A DNA stretch of 64,000 bases. Origin: Octopus vulgaris. Lineage: Eukaryota. The DNA lies in NCBI GenBank assembly GCA_951406725.2, contig OX597821.1, forward strand, positions 56,172,001-56,236,000, read 5' to 3'. The stretch's first letter is position 1. Each line of letters begins with the position of its first letter. Of this stretch, positions 43,841-58,451 are shown in pieces. The position numbers and the translations under genes are program-made. The notes below the pieces were generated by a model. It searched no databases. It was given only the letters and a program-made list of their open reading frames with translations, and had not been told where the DNA came from.

Positions 43841-44868
43841 CAACGATTATAGTAAGAGAAATTATTATTAGTATTATTGTTATTATCATTATTGTTGTTG
43901 TATATTAGCTTGTAAGATATATGAAATATAATGATAATGTGTAAAAGTTAAATCACTTTGACTAGTATCTCATCTTGTTGTAAGCACTTGTACCTGGTCT
44001 TCAACATAAGTACCATTTCTTACCAACAATCTCAGAGGTATTAAAAAGGAACTACAGCGCTATGATTGCTTCTATCGCCATTATTTATTTGGATGTAATT
44101 TCAAGATAAAATTTTAATTAAACGAATTAAACTATTTGTTCTATTTTTAATATACATGAATTAGTCATCAAATGTATAGAAATAAAGATGGAAAAGATTA
44201 TTTTTATCTGCAGTTGATCAAGAGGTTCCATTTAGAATATAATTCCAGTATTGTTAGGAAGAAACTGAGAAAGAACAGTGCTGCCTATTTTAATTTCATA
44301 ACAAAAATTTACACATGCTGTTCCAACACTTTACAGTGAAAGGTTGTTAAATTTCTTAACCGCTGCATGTGTCTGAATCTTTCTTTTAGATTTCCTTTAA
44401 CATAGCTGTCCCAATCTTCAGAAGATAGAACATTCAATGAAACATTATCGTTTATTTTGATAAAGAGGACAGGACATTTCCTGACGTCATCAAATGAAAG
44501 GTTTTGTAGCTATGACTAGAGAGTGCCAGGTGCTCGGAAAAGTTTACATTCATGATTGAAATACATTTCCATTATTTTGTTATAATTTCCTTAAGAAAGT
44601 ATGTTATGTGCGTTACATAATCTCATGCTGAAGTTGTATAATTCTACAGAATATTGATAACGAGAATGCATATGTAATACAATGTACATATGTATGCAAT
44701 TATAATTTACTACCACAAAGCCGCTGTTTAATGTATTATGCACCAAACAGTAAAGACGTTTGCCACTCGAAATGAACCAAATTTTCAGTTAACCAATAAT
44801 CCATTTCTTTCTTGCATTAGGATGTACATTCCAATATTCTCAAAATAATGTTTTTAGAATTTACTTAC

Positions 44869-44948
44869 CTTAAGCTGCTTGGATCGTTTGGGTGAGATTC
44901 TAGTTTAAAAAGTTGCCGCAAGATATGACAGAGGAAAACTACATTCAG
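44869..44948 (-). CDS. Class B1 GPCR exon, TM5-ICL3 (LNVVFLCHILRQLFKLESHPNDPSSLR)
   Basis: ttttccag|...ag|gtaagt, 80 nt, phase 0 to 2; conserved TM5 Asn; SHPNDPS loop resembles invertebrate calcitonin-receptor-like proteins. Confidence 0.92.
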
Positions 44949-47900
44949 CTGGAAAAAAGATTTTAAGCAGAAAACTTTTGTTAACGTAGTATAATTAAAC
45001 ATTCTTACATATATTAACAAAGAGACACTCACAACATATATAAGATTATGTCTACAAATGGACGAAAGATAACTCGATAGATGGTGAGGAAGTTATATTA
45101 ATTAGAAAATACTTGCTGATTTACTTCTACTTTCTTCAGAGTTCCATACACGTAATGTATGCGTATGATCGGTCAAACAATATATTCTGTATAAAGATAT
45201 GGCAACCAAGTACTTGATAAACTGAACCCCAGTTTGCGATTTGATTACTCGATATTCGAGGATTGAGTAGAAGATGGTTACGTGATCCTTAAGGTAACGT
45301 CACTTGTATGTGTGACAATTTTTAGTGGTACACTAGCTACTTTCTTTCCGCATTTACAGTAATATATGTTTTAGTGAAATTGCTTGTAAGTATAGAAAAC
45401 GCATCGATAATTTTATTTATTCTTTGTTTTGTCTGCAAGTATTGAGGACTAGAAGATTGCTTAAATGGTTTCATTCATGGTGATTTGGAAGGAACTACTG
45501 CTATTTGAGCTCATGTCATTTTTAACAAGTTTGCGAGATCGGATCTGGAATCTTTTAAGGTTTTCGAATTTCTCTAGTTTGAACATTTTATTCTAGGTTT
45601 ATCGATAGATCTTAACAGGATGGAACAAGTATAATTTTAAGGGATATTTTTACTAGCATACTCTATTATTTACGTCAAATTGTAGGGAAACCGCCACAAC
45701 CATGTTTCACTTCGTCTGGAAACCCAGCAATGTAAACTCTGAAATCTATCCAAGTAACGCAGAGCATTATCGATAGAGCTAATGATCACGTAAAGGCAGA
45801 TTTCGCCGAACAAAAATGCTTCAAATATTAAAGCAACCTGCTATATATCTTATGCAGAGATGAGAATTGCCGCCATTGGAGAAAATTTACTCGAATATGT
45901 TCCAGTTGCCTGTCATTTCCAGATTTATCGACGCAAGCTCATTTTTCTTCTTAAAGCGACCGCAGTTTCTTACTACCTCCTCATTTTCTTACTGTGTCTC
46001 TACAAATGACACCAATGTAGTTGAGTTATGACACATAAATTTCCTAAATGTTATATTGAGGAACAATAGTTGAGATCGGTGGAATGTGTCCATGAAACTC
46101 TTTGTTATGACACACGATGTTTTGAACTCTCACGAGAAACCTAGTCTATTCTCCATCAAAGCGATTATAAAGCTCTTTTAGCAAGGTTCAGGTTTCGGCT
46201 CTATCGAGAAGAATTCTCTCTACATTCAAAGGAGGCAAGCCTTGTTGACTTTGAAATACACAATTAGTAAATGTCTTGAAGCTTTTATACACGCATCCAG
46301 TCTAATTCACTGAGTGTAGTAAAGTCTTTCATGTTTTCAGCAACATAGTAGTGAAGCTATTTGAAGATAGTCCTTGAGCTTGTGGGTTCATAGCCATCGG
46401 ATATAAGTATTTCACTCAGTAATAGACCTTGATGACAAGAGACTAGGATTAGGTAGTTCCATTGTACACATTAATAGCCGACTCATATTTGACCTGCAAC
46501 ACATACGATCACGTAACCCGCTTTTACAAATGAAAATCAGTTAGTTTTTACTTTGTGATGACAACTTTATCCGTTATATATGGAGGAGAAATTAAACTTT
46601 GGAATGAATCGCCAGCTATATCACAGGATTTAATAGTAGATCACAACATTTGTTTCTGCACTGCACACCAGCTTAAAGTTGCAGAGTTTATATCCATATA
46701 CCATTATACAAGATTATCCGTTATAATTATTATATAATTGAATATTTTTCAACAACAGCCGTGTGTGGGCGCGTCATCGAGTGTAATACAATTAAATCCT
46801 GCTAGATTTTTCTGAATTATTTGGGTATACATTGTACATTACTTTCCACCAATCAAATTATCAAATTCGGTAGGACACAACCGTAAACACATAAGTATTA
46901 CTACAATAATAGCACCGACAACAATAACTATAACAAAGTCAAGGTGACTTTATGGTATTCATATTATTAGGAAACAAAGAAAAATTAGTAGCAAAAGTAA
47001 TCTTATTTCGGTGACAGTGTTAGTCAATTAAAAAAATAAAAACAGAAGTAAGCCAAAAACTGAAGACGACTTATACCAAGAATTGGATAAAGTGTGTCGA
47101 TAGGTTGAAACAAAAGAAATGAAATAAAAAGAAAACCAAAATCTTAAAAATTGCAAAAGTTAGAAAACTGTGATAATTTTTTTACGACTTAAGTGAGATT
47201 CTTCGAATTATCTATCTACAATATTTATTATGCTTTCCGGCAGTTTGGTTTTCGGTGAACTACATGAACTCTATTGGTTATTTGTTTCTAAGTTACAGGT
47301 CAGCTTTCTTTCACATATTTTACATGCATCTTTAAATTTACTATCTTTTCTTTTGCTTTTTAAATGCACTTATCTTATATACTTACAAATCACAATTCAA
47401 TACACTCATTAATATATGCATCAATTTCTATTCTTCCAAAACTAATCAATGTCCGGTCTACTCCTTCAAACTGCTGTGTTCTATACTGCTTGTTTTCCAC
47501 TACCAAAAACTATTCGCTACCAAAAATATACACTCTTGCACTTTCTAGCAAATACTGAAGTTTTTTCTTGACAATTCATTACGATATAACAAATATTAAA
47601 TTATTTATGTCTGTATGAATTTGATATATTTTTTCCTTCAATATATGTACTTACATTAATTATATTTGATCTTTGATACTATATGACTATCACTGATAAA
47701 TACGCCCCTTTATAGCTATTATCACTATTATATCAATTTATGTCTTCTACATTTTCTATCCATTCCACCAATCTATCGCCAACACTCCTTATACTATAAA
47801 TTTTGCTTGAAGAAAATACATTCAATCCTTTTTTCTGAGAACTTTATAATAATAATACGCAGGGTTTGGGATATAAGTGCTTTCTCCTAACGTTCTAGCG

Positions 47901-48649
47901 AAGACGTTAATACCAATATTGATTATCAGTGGGTTCGTGTCGCCGCCACAATTATTGGAGGACTATAAGTGACATATTAAATTGTTTACAATCATGTTGA
48001 TAATCATACAAACAACAATACTCATTCGCTTATTAACAGTCATCTGCTCGATCTGCTCATTTAATTGAAATCTACTTATGCAAATTACTCCTATGTATTA
48101 ACATCTGCAGTGTATTCTAATATACATAATTCTTTTGACACCCTTATAAACAATAATAATGTTGAATCATTACTTTTATCCATTCCCTTAGGTGATTATA
48201 ATCAACATGTATTAATTATTACTTTTTTCCTTACAACTTAAATAAATTTGAAACTTTATAAATTGTTGCAGTACCTTTGTTGATCATGTAAAGAACAATG
48301 TTAACTAATTGTTAACCGCTTATAAAATACCAACATAGTGATACAGCTCATTATAACTTGATTGACAGCCATGTAAATACAATCCTATCTCATCAAAAAT
48401 GAGTCATCTGCGCATTTTAATTAGTGTTTGGATACACATGTAAACCTAGATAATGCCGACTGGTTATTTGAAGTCATCTCTTTAGATGATTATAACTGCC
48501 ATATAGAAATTATTATAATTTTTTCATACAACATATATAAATTTATAATTTTTTACTATAACTTTGCTGAGCATGCAAACGACAATGTGAAGTCGTTATT
48601 ACAAGTCATCGGATTATGGGATATCACACGATTTATACAACTGATTACA

Positions 48650-50190
48650 ATTCCTTTAACATGCACACAAATAAGAATTCCAACCTGCAAACACCGTTCA
48701 TGTTGTTGAGCGTTTCCATAAAAACATTTTAATATTATCTAGAATTTTTTTATATTATTTGTTAGAATCCTATAAGACAGCACTTTAGTATATGTTTACA
48801 CGCAATAATAGCTTCAGAATGTTTTGCTCTTACACAAAATTATCTCTTGAGTTCCTTCCAGGTACAAGGTTTTGTGTTTCTTAATATCGACCACTTTGTT
48901 ACGTAACTTATCCCTTGCTTTTGAGTTTCCACACAAGGTCCTCGAGCGAGACGCATTGATTCTTGCACTTATTAGAAAATTGTGCAACGTGGTTTCTAGA
49001 GCGGATTTTAAAGTTATCACTCGTTGAACCTATGTATTTATATGTATGCCTATTTCTCTCCACTTTACATTAATGTACAATGTTTTTCTCATACAATATT
49101 TCCCAAGTGGATATTTATTTTTGTTTCTGAAACGGCACTTTTTAGTTCCTTTTCTTTTCTTTTTCTTTTTGTTATCTGGCCTCCTCCAATTTCATTCCTA
49201 CTACTATTTTGTTTCACATTGTGCATATTGATGTAGTTTCTATGTTTTTTGTCGATTGTTCCTAAGTATTTTTTTCTTAATTCTATCTCCTGTTGTTTCT
49301 GTCCTGTTTTCTAAGTTACAGCTATGCTGTTTCTATTTGCATTAGAATTTTCAGAATAGTTATTAACATGCCTCTCGTTGTTATCTTCTATACCCGCCAC
49401 TAGGTCTGCACCATTCTGAGACCTGCTTTCATAGTCTAGCCTTAACTTACTTTACATATTATTATTAACTCCATGTATGTAGCATTCTAGGTTGTGGAAT
49501 GTAGCAAAAGATGTTACCCTCTGGCGATTAAATATTTTATAATATAGACTATACCTGGGAAAATATTTATCTAATGCAGACAAAAATTCACAAACAATCT
49601 TCAATACGACTTGTAATCCAAATACCGGATTAAACCAACTATATCCGATGTTTTATTGGGTTTTGTGTAACTATTCAGGTTTCTGCTCTATCATTTCCTT
49701 TTCGGATGAAATTTGATGATTTTATTCTTAAGCGCTATTTCCCTCTCTCTTACCTAATTCCTAAATAATGTTTATCTTCATACTGATTGGCGTTGCTTTC
49801 CCCTCGAATTTTTTTTTTACCTTACGTCTTATATTATTATCCAGTTTCTCGGTGTGCTTATTCATGTAATTTTCTCTTTTAGAACTACATCCAATTTTAT
49901 ATTCATTGATTAGTTCATTATTAGGAGAATATTTAATTTTGACTTTATACCCGGTCGTAGCTAGTGCTAGGTTATAGGTTATGTACCCTGTGTGTGCATT
50001 GAATATTGATTCATTCGCAGATAGTTTTGAAATTCTATCTGTCATGCTTTTTTAATAACCTTTTTAGTATGAACTGTGGATGATTCGAGTTTTGGGAACA
50101 TATTTTAATTTTTCATTAGATATGAAGAAAGGTCCCAACATTTCTGTGTTAAGGTGAAGTGTTACATCTAAGAAACCCACTACCGCATGG
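48650..50190 (-). mobile_element. Decayed Penelope RT thumb/linker fragment
   Basis: FLDVTLHL, RISKLSANESIFN..YNLAL..GY, WFNP..FL..LDKYFP..KIFNR motifs; extent below ~49450 is uncertain. Confidence 0.82.
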
Positions 50191-50274
50191 TCGATTTCAT
50201 GGTTATAGATAACCCTAAGTATTTAAAGAATTTGAATAGTAATTTATTATTTCATCTTTCCAGCTTTACATTGC

Positions 50275-50364
<90 letters not shown>

Positions 50365-52198
50365 ATATATATGTATGTATAAGATGGATAGATACATGTA
50401 TATATTGTGTGTGTGAGTGCGTTTAGTCTTTACCGCTATAATCATCGATTATAACGGTTTAACAAGACACAACACATCACATTGATATACATTAACACAC
50501 ATACACTTACACAAATACCTGACAATAACGCAATTGAATTTGTATTAGTAGCGTATCATCTCGGTAAAACCATTCTGAGAATGTCGAAACATCAGTGATC
50601 AGTGAAGTTTACGAGGGCTTGTAAAGTTTAAAAAGTAATATAAAATCCAGAAAGATGTGTCTTAAGTATGTTAACTGATTATCTTGCAGATCATTTTTAA
50701 AGATGACTAGCTTGAAATGATTTATAAAATATCTCTCATCATAGTCGTTGCTAAGGTTATGTGGTAACTGTTAACTCATTTGCCATCTTTTAAGTAGTGT
50801 CAATGTGAAGTGATATCCATTAGTTTAAAGAGTGCATTTAATTCCTTACATCGGAAGATTTTTAAACTCTTAGAAAGCAAAATTGCTTTCTAAATATATA
50901 TAATTATGTTTATAATAAATGAAGCAGCCATATATATTTTTTCATATAAAATAATGAACCATCATTATAATAACTTGCAGAAAGTCCTCCCACCAGGCGG
51001 TTTTCTGCAAGCCTCTTGAAAAATATTTTCAAGTTTGATTCCCAATTCTAATAAGTTTTATAGTTCACGTCTAATTATTTCTTTGCATAATAGTGTTCAT
51101 TCCGTTAATAAAAATTGCTTTCATTATTCTATCACACTCATAATCTCTCTTAAACAAACATCACGGTAGTCCAACAACAGAGGGAGAAGCAATTTGTCAA
51201 GTTTTACTTTCCCTCAAAGAGATATAGAGATTACATTCTAGCAGCCCTTCTGTAAGTTTTGCAGTGTGTGTGGAGAGAAGGAGAAAGGAGAGAGAACAAT
51301 GCAAGCAATGAATGCAATAAACATGAAATTTTAAAAATCATATAATTTCTTGTCTCATAACATCAAGAAAAAAGGATGCTTTTTAACAAAATTTCCTACA
51401 AATACAGCTTAGATTTTGTGGCTTCAAGTGTATATAGGGATTTATGGGAGAGAATTTTTCCGATAGGGTGGTGAGGGAAGTTTTGGAACATTCACATGAT
51501 CTGACATTTTCCCCTCATAACTTTCAGGAAAATTGGTATCTTTTAATGGAAATGTATGCAAATCCCTTTTAAACGTCATAGATTATGATTAAAAAGAAAT
51601 TCGTGAGAAAATTCTTTTCGGGGATCTTCCCCATTTTTTAAAACCACACCCTTCGTAATGATTGGGTTGGTAGGGAAGCATCTTTGAATGAAAAACATTT
51701 TGAAAATTCTTCTTTTTCAGTTTAAAACCATGGGTAGAGCATTTTGGTAATTTTTGTTTTAAATTGTTAATATTTTCAGAGGGAAAATTGAGTGATTTAA
51801 GGGCGATTTGACTGTTGTTTCTAACTCATACGAAGGCAACCCTCCTCGTTTCGTAATCACACTCGCACGTATTGATATTTCTCAATATTTTTTTCTCCAT
51901 AGATATATTTATATGCTATAAAGAAAGAAAATTTGAGAAATTATGACTATTTTGCAACCCCACTTCCTGCCCACGATTGTTTCTGTTTAGAAATTAAAAT
52001 ATTGGAGAGCCTGAGAAGGTCATTGCTGGCATTTATCCACAGTGAATAAAAAAATTACTGTGATGTGCTTGCATAGCAGGTGACATGATCTGAGATCGTG
52101 TGCTGGAACAAAAACAATTGCAGCGTGAAAGCTGTTTGTAAGCAATTCAAGAACACACAAAAACGGTTAGTTTTACTTCAACATTTAAATTTCATTAG

Positions 52199-52245
52199 TA
52201 TCAAAATATTTTCGTCGCTTTGAAACCGTGACCTGTTCACTGACA
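52199..52245 (-). ncRNA. Hammerhead fold with G3-C8 swapped core
   Basis: tgtca-GTGAACA-g-gtcac..gcgac-GAAA-atat-TT-tgata; mirror copy 52278-52324 gives tcgc/gcga and tgaca. Confidence 0.65.
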
Positions 52246-52325
52246 AAATTTTACAAAAATGATGCAGCATGAAGTTTTGTCAGTAAACATCTCGCGTTTT
52301 CAAAGCGACGAAAATATATTGACAC

Positions 52326-52458
52326 CCGCCGAGGTCGACTTTGCCTTTCATCCTTTCGGGGTCGATAATTTAAATATCAGTTGCGTATTGGGATCGATCT
52401 AATCGACTGGCCCCCTCCCCCCAAAATTTCAGGCCTTGTGCCTAGAGTAGAAAAAAAT
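52326..52458 (+). mobile_element. 5'-truncated family C SINE
   Basis: TSD atatattgacac at 52314-52325 and 52459-52470. Confidence 0.9.
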
Positions 52459-55400
52459 ATATATTGACACAAATGAAATTTACATGTTGAAGTTTTTTTC
52501 TGTGTTCTTTAATGGCTTGGAAGCATCTTCCACGCTGCAATTCTTGTTGATTTAAACAAAGAGTTATGTAAACGATAGTTCATTTTAATAGAATACTTTT
52601 TGGTTAGAAAATCTTTTTTTTCTTACACACACACACACACACACACACACCGCTTCGCTTTATTCAGGTTGGGGTACAAATTTAGATTACAATTTATTTT
52701 GTTGTTTTTTTTTTCACAGATGGACTACGCGTGTGTTGCTTCGGCATCATCACTCCATAAAATATGTTTAATGGGAGAAAAATATTGAAGAAACATCAAT
52801 GCATGTAAAAGTAAAAAGGGAGGGTGGTTTGTATTGTGCTAGAAACAACAGCGAAACTTCCCTTGAATTGTTCACATTTCCTTCTGAAAATATTTACAAT
52901 TTTGTTTTTACTCAAAAATCTCTTTCCATGGCTTTTAAGTTAAAAAGGAAAATGGTCACAATCGGTCCGATCAGTTATTACTGTATGGCTTATAGCGTTC
53001 CAAACAGCCATAACAATAAAATCACTTTAAAAATGTTTTTACAAAAATTATACGGATATTTCAAAAAATTTCATTCAATAAATAATATTTTTAATTACGT
53101 ATACATTAATGTCGGTTTTCGAAATAGCGAATTTAAACTTCAAACGAAAACATTAATAAACAGAAAGTGAAAGACTTTGCAAATGAAAATGGAATACTTC
53201 GCAGTGAATGCAATGAATATTTAAATTTGTGAAGAATGGGAGTTAAGAAATTCAATAAACTTCAGAAATCGAAATTATAGGAAGTTTCTTAGAACATGAA
53301 TTTATAAGATATTTCCAGACGGTCAACCCTTTAATAATTGCTTTCTGCTAGTACTTTTAGTAATTGTTACATACCTAATTAATAAGCAGCTTTCTCTATT
53401 GTAGTACAGATAACGCGACATTTCTGGATAAAAATTTACCTAGCATATAAACTGAGGTAAATTGTCGATAGCCCTTTCAGTTATTTGTATATTTGGAGTT
53501 TGGAACATTTTTGTTAATTAAATTCCATTCAACTAAAAAACAAGCTATGACTTAGTCTCATGATACAAATGGTGGATGATTTGCACGGCTTAGGGGCAAA
53601 ATGTTTGAATGGATAAGGTACAGGGTTTTATGAGTTGTAGATTCATGATTCCTACAATAGGCGTTTTATTTTGTATATTCAGATAGACAGTTAGCTTTTC
53701 TGACTGACAGATTAATCTGCGTCTTCTACACTGACAATGCGCATCTATTGTTTGAAAAAATCTGCAAGAAACGAGAGTGAGGTGCGTATTTATGGAATTC
53801 GGATTATTTTAAGGTACCGTTGCACTAAATTACCTGCCCTTACTAATAAAGAAATATCACTTTCCTTTCATTGCGGCCAATTTAGCAGAATGCAAATGAT
53901 ACCAAAATCCAAAGTGGTGGACTGCGTCGGAAAAATTTTTTTATGAAATTCGGAAATTTCGTTAAGTTCGAAACGGAAGATGAGACGCCAAGTCTAAAAT
54001 TGTGTGCGAAGAATTTTGTTAGGGTGATAAACATTTTTCTCCCTCAAAACAATACACCATTATTCCGTCTTCTCACAGTAATATCCAATTTTACAATTTT
54101 CACGAGAATAGATAACTGTGTTAACTGCAGAAATGGAATAACAAAGTAAATACTAGTATAATTCAAAAACAGAAACGTCAATAAACAAAATACTTTCTGC
54201 CACTACTTGGAAAAACAAATATAAAAAATGGCTGATTAACAAAACTTTATAAAACAACCGATATTGTATATTTTTATTTTCTGAATGAGCTAAAGGACAC
54301 TTCTGAAGAGGTTATCACTGCTTTACTTAGTATTTATTACAGTAAAATTTCTACTAGTCTGTTAGCATATAGGTTGTAACTCGATACGTCCAAACACCAG
54401 TATGAAGTAGCAAACCTGAGACTAAGTAGGTTTTTTAGTATTGAAAATATGATATATAAAACTGAGTACCAGCTATTATTGATCTTTTGTAGTAACTATA
54501 AAAGTTTACTTTGTCGATGAAGCAAACTAACTTTGATAAAATCTTTTGTTCAGCATCAAAGAGGCATTTTAATAAGAAATATTATAATAGTAAAACATTA
54601 GCAGATTGCAGTTATGTCAGTCATTTTGTCTTTTCTGGATAATTCTGTCAGTCTAAGAGCAAATAACTTTCACGATATTCGTATACAATTACCACTACGC
54701 TATTTTTGTGCATGATTAAAATAACGTCTTGTATCAACTATATCAGTTATATTTTGATTGCTTCAAATCCCGTGAATGACACACGTAAAATGTATTACAA
54801 TCATTTTACATCTATATATATACATAGCACTTGGGAATTTCCCTAGAATATCTCGTATATTTTTCTGTGATGTAGGTGAACTGAGAGCAGAGATAAGTGG
54901 ACTGACCAGAAATGCAGAAAAAACAATCACTGTAGATCCAAACTTACTACAAGAGATATTACTATTCCAAATATTACCCATTAGAACCATTTTTTTTTCT
55001 ACCCTTCCATGTTGCTATACACAAATACACCACAACTGAGTCATAGTTGATAACATCAGACTCTCTAGATAAAGCCACTTGGTTAATAATAGGTACAATG
55101 GGCTCGATCCTGCTTAATTTCAGATTTACTGCAGGAAGCAGTGAATGCATTGTATAATTTACGAGTGTTTTATAAGCTCAGAGTGTTGAAATCAAATTCT
55201 TCTATGGATGAGCAAAAGATTAAAGGATCATAATTATATTCAATTTTCCTGAAAATTCTGTTAGCGTTATCTCTCGAACTCACATCTGTAAAGCATGCAT
55301 TAATTTTGCAGCAATCATTACATTACTAAACCTACAATAGACCTTGATTTGTTGGTTAAGATTTTCAAGGGTAATTTTTCTCTGGACGCTATATATTGTT

Positions 55401-55889
55401 AATGACGGTGTTTAATATCAATGTCTACAAAACCTTCCCACGTAATTTATTGAATAACATATAAGAAATAGAAACGAATAAAAGGTATGTAGTTATGAAC
55501 GCTCATATATTAGGTCCATCTTTAATAGAAGAAAGAAAATCACTTCGCTTTTAATCTGTCACATTTGCTTTTTGCTTGTCACTCAAACTCTCTGTTAAAT
55601 ACATAGGCATGCGCTCACACAAGGAAAAACAATGGAAATATTTAAAATGATGACAAAGAAATCGAGATGTAAGTATACGCGCGTGCGAGAGTATAATTGC
55701 TTATATGCATCTGCAGGATCACTTTCCACATCTGTATATAGCTGGAAGCTAAATATAACTGTTTTAATCACATATTATCTGAACAGGCAACGCAAGCTGT
55801 CAGGATCACGAGTAATACAAAAATAGCCAAATTCACTTCTAGATCTCACCTTGTGATTTTCAGATGTTTTTTTTTTATTTCCTCATTAC

Positions 55890-56160
55890 TGAGCAAGCTT
55901 GAGAGTGGATTTGGTTGACGGAAACAGAAAGAAGCCCGTCATATGTATATATGTATGTATGCACCTATGTATGTGTGTCTTTGTGCCTGTGTCCTTCTTA
56001 TTCCCCACTTGACAACCAGTATTGGTATGTTTACGTCCTCGTAATTTAGCAGCTCGGTAAAAGTACAAGTCTTAGGGTTGATTTCTGCGACTAAACTCTT
56101 CAAGGCGGTGCACCCGCATAAACACAGTAAAATGACTGGACCAGGTGAGAGATAAAGTAT
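55890..56160 (+). mobile_element. Diverged family A SINE fragment (others near 14290-14630 and 38400-38520)
   Basis: gagtggatttggttgacggaaacagaaagaagcccgtc matches family A. Confidence 0.78.
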
Positions 56161-56321
56161 AAAAGATAAATGCTATAAGGCTTTAGCATTCCTAACAACT
56201 CGAAGGATTTGCTAGGGTTGAAATTGATCCAATAGTAGAGACCTTATTAAATAGATACTACACACAGACTTTTATACACGTACAGAAACACACACACACA
56301 CACACATATGTATACATATAT

Positions 56322-56543
56322 ATCACGTGACCGACGAGACTAATAGATGTTGTTACACATCGTTGGCGATTTTTATCCTCTGTCTTCCCTTCTCTGGATC
56401 TTTCCTTCTCCTATGTTTCCGACGAAGAGCTTCGCTCGAAACGTTAAACCCTCCTTCTTTCCTTCTTTCCTAAGCGTCCAATAATACTATATTTGTTTCC
56501 TCGCGTTGTTGTGATTTTTTTTTGTGCTTTCCCGTTTGGATTA

Positions 56544-56548
<5 letters not shown>
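56322..56548 (+). mobile_element. ~230-bp hammerhead-bearing non-autonomous element in (TA)n
   Basis: Bounded by TA repeats; pyrimidine-rich body around the ribozyme fold. Confidence 0.65.
56415..56449 (+). ncRNA. Minimal hammerhead, U4C variant
   Basis: gttt-CCGACGA-a-gagc ttc gctc-GAAA-cg-TT-aaac; palindrome AACGTT. Confidence 0.72.
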
Positions 56549-56609
<61 letters not shown>

Positions 56610-56649
56610 CATACATACATAAATACATACATACATACATACATGCATG

Positions 56650-56735
<86 letters not shown>

Positions 56736-56791
56736 AGTTGCATCCTCGTTACACGAAAAAAGCAGTTGCCAAGAAGATTTACGGAAATGCT

Positions 56792-57012
56792 TCATGATTG
56801 TTTGCCATGTGATGCCCTTATATGACTTTTAAGCCCAGCCAAGCTTTTACACATTTTATTACACACTAGAAAACTGTGCTGGCTGGCAGGAGAAACAGGT
56901 GTCACCATATGCACTCTTTTAACATGTCTTTTTAGACCTCCAACTGAGAGGCACACCCTTCCACATTTTACACATGTTCTGTTATGAATTTTAATAGCCA
57001 CATCAACACGTA
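56792..57012 (-). mobile_element. C2H2-finger fragment, probably the C-terminus of an RTE-type LINE ORF
   Basis: CVKCGRVCLSVGGLKRHVKRVH and [22 protein letters not shown]; no zinc-finger-gene linker or splice acceptor seen. Confidence 0.6.
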
Positions 57013-57442
57013 GGATGCCAGAAATGGATAGGTACAGTAAAAGAAAAGCGGTTGTAAATTTTAAACCCCATATGTGTTCTTTATATATATATATATGTAT
57101 GTATAAAGACACATACACACACACACACATATACACATATATATCTATAATAATGATAATGGCCCGAAACCACGATGATATTTTCGCTCATAGATTGACG
57201 AGAAAAACTCAGCTGCGAACATTCCGTGTATCGCGTCTTTGTGTATATTCCTCGTCCGTTAAGTTTTTGTCTAGTTTCCCGTTTGCGCTCCTTTCGTCTA
57301 ACTTATCCTCCTTGTTGTGTTGTGTCTGTTCAACCCATGACATATCTTTATGTATATATATATATTTCCCTTGTAGTTTGATCGTTGATGATCTATTTCT
57401 AGCATTCTGGCCGGCTACCTAGCAGGCCAGCCCTGCCAATAT

Positions 57443-57495
<53 letters not shown>

Positions 57496-57501
<6 letters not shown>

Positions 57502-58060
57502 GTTGTCCGGAAAGTTCGTGTCGATTTTTAAAGGAAAGGAAAGATCAATAAATATTTGCTATTACATTGTTAATCAACCGAATATGAACCATTTTGTTGC
57601 ACAATGCGTCTTCATCTTTCTTTTAACTCGAAAATACCCTCTTCCAAGAATTGAGGTGGTTTCATGGCAATAAATTCGTCAAGGTATCTTTTACGTCATC
57701 CAAGGAATTGAAATTTTTACCATTAAGACTATTCTGCAGAGACCTGAATAAGTGGAAATCCGAAGGAGCAATATCTGGTGAATATGGAGGGTGGGTAACA
57801 CATCCCAGCCGAACTGCAGCAATTTTTGTCTGGTTCCCAAAACATCAACTGCTGAAAATGAACTTTCTTATCTTCCATTTTAAAGGCTTACAGAATTAAG
57901 ACAGGTTATAGGAACATAAACCTTCTTCCACGAAAAATAACTTAAACGTGCTCTAAATGTCGGTGTAGTCAAATCCTATTTTATGGACTCAAACATGTAC
58001 TAAAATATGTCGAAAGGTAAGCAACTATAAATCGGCACGAACTTTCTGGACAACCCAATA
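57496..58060 (-). mobile_element. Non-autonomous mariner deletion derivative
   Basis: TIRs tattgggttgtccggaaagttcgtg / cacgaactttctggacaacccaata; HPPYSPDIAPSDFHLFRSLQN on the minus strand. Confidence 0.95.
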
Positions 58061-58451
58061 CACATATATACATACATAAATACATACATACAAAAATATA
58101 TACAACGTATGTTTTATTTGATAGCAAGGTTTCGCAAAATAAAAAAATGTTATAGCACCAAATGTTATAAGTAAAATGTAATGCATCACATTAATGGCTT
58201 CAATAGAGTAGCTACTTGATGAGATTAAGATTTTATATAAATAGAAAAGATGATAGTTTTTATGCAAACAGTTTAATAACCAAAAGTATTTAATCTGTTT
58301 ATTCAGTTATTGTTGTCAAATGTTCACTTTGGCTTTAACAGCAAATTCGGCATATACGACCAGAAAAAAAGTCTAAGTCTATTGTTAAAAGTACCAATAG
58401 AAAATGTAGAAACTCAGTTTTTAGTATTGTTTTTTCGTGTTTTTAATGTAA

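Larger units (their letters stand above)
52062..52545. mobile_element. Fold-back element carrying mirror hammerhead folds
   Basis: Arms ~52116-52250 and 52273-52542; right arm interrupted by a SINE. Confidence 0.82.

Noticed and set aside
45880-46500. Possible old LINE fragment
   Set aside because: No motif readable with confidence
51238-52060. Possible non-autonomous Helitron-like repeat
   Set aside because: Termini and copy number cannot be established from this window
53730-54000. Promoter-like cluster (TGCGCAT, CCAAT, CGGAAG)
   Set aside because: Short motifs expected by chance; no linked exon
54763-54990. Minus-strand ORF resembling a signal-peptide first exon
   Set aside because: No recognisable family, weak donor and no partner exon
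57150-57430. Another (TA)n-embedded element with gataatggcccGAAAC
   Set aside because: No complete hammerhead core or stems, and no second copy here
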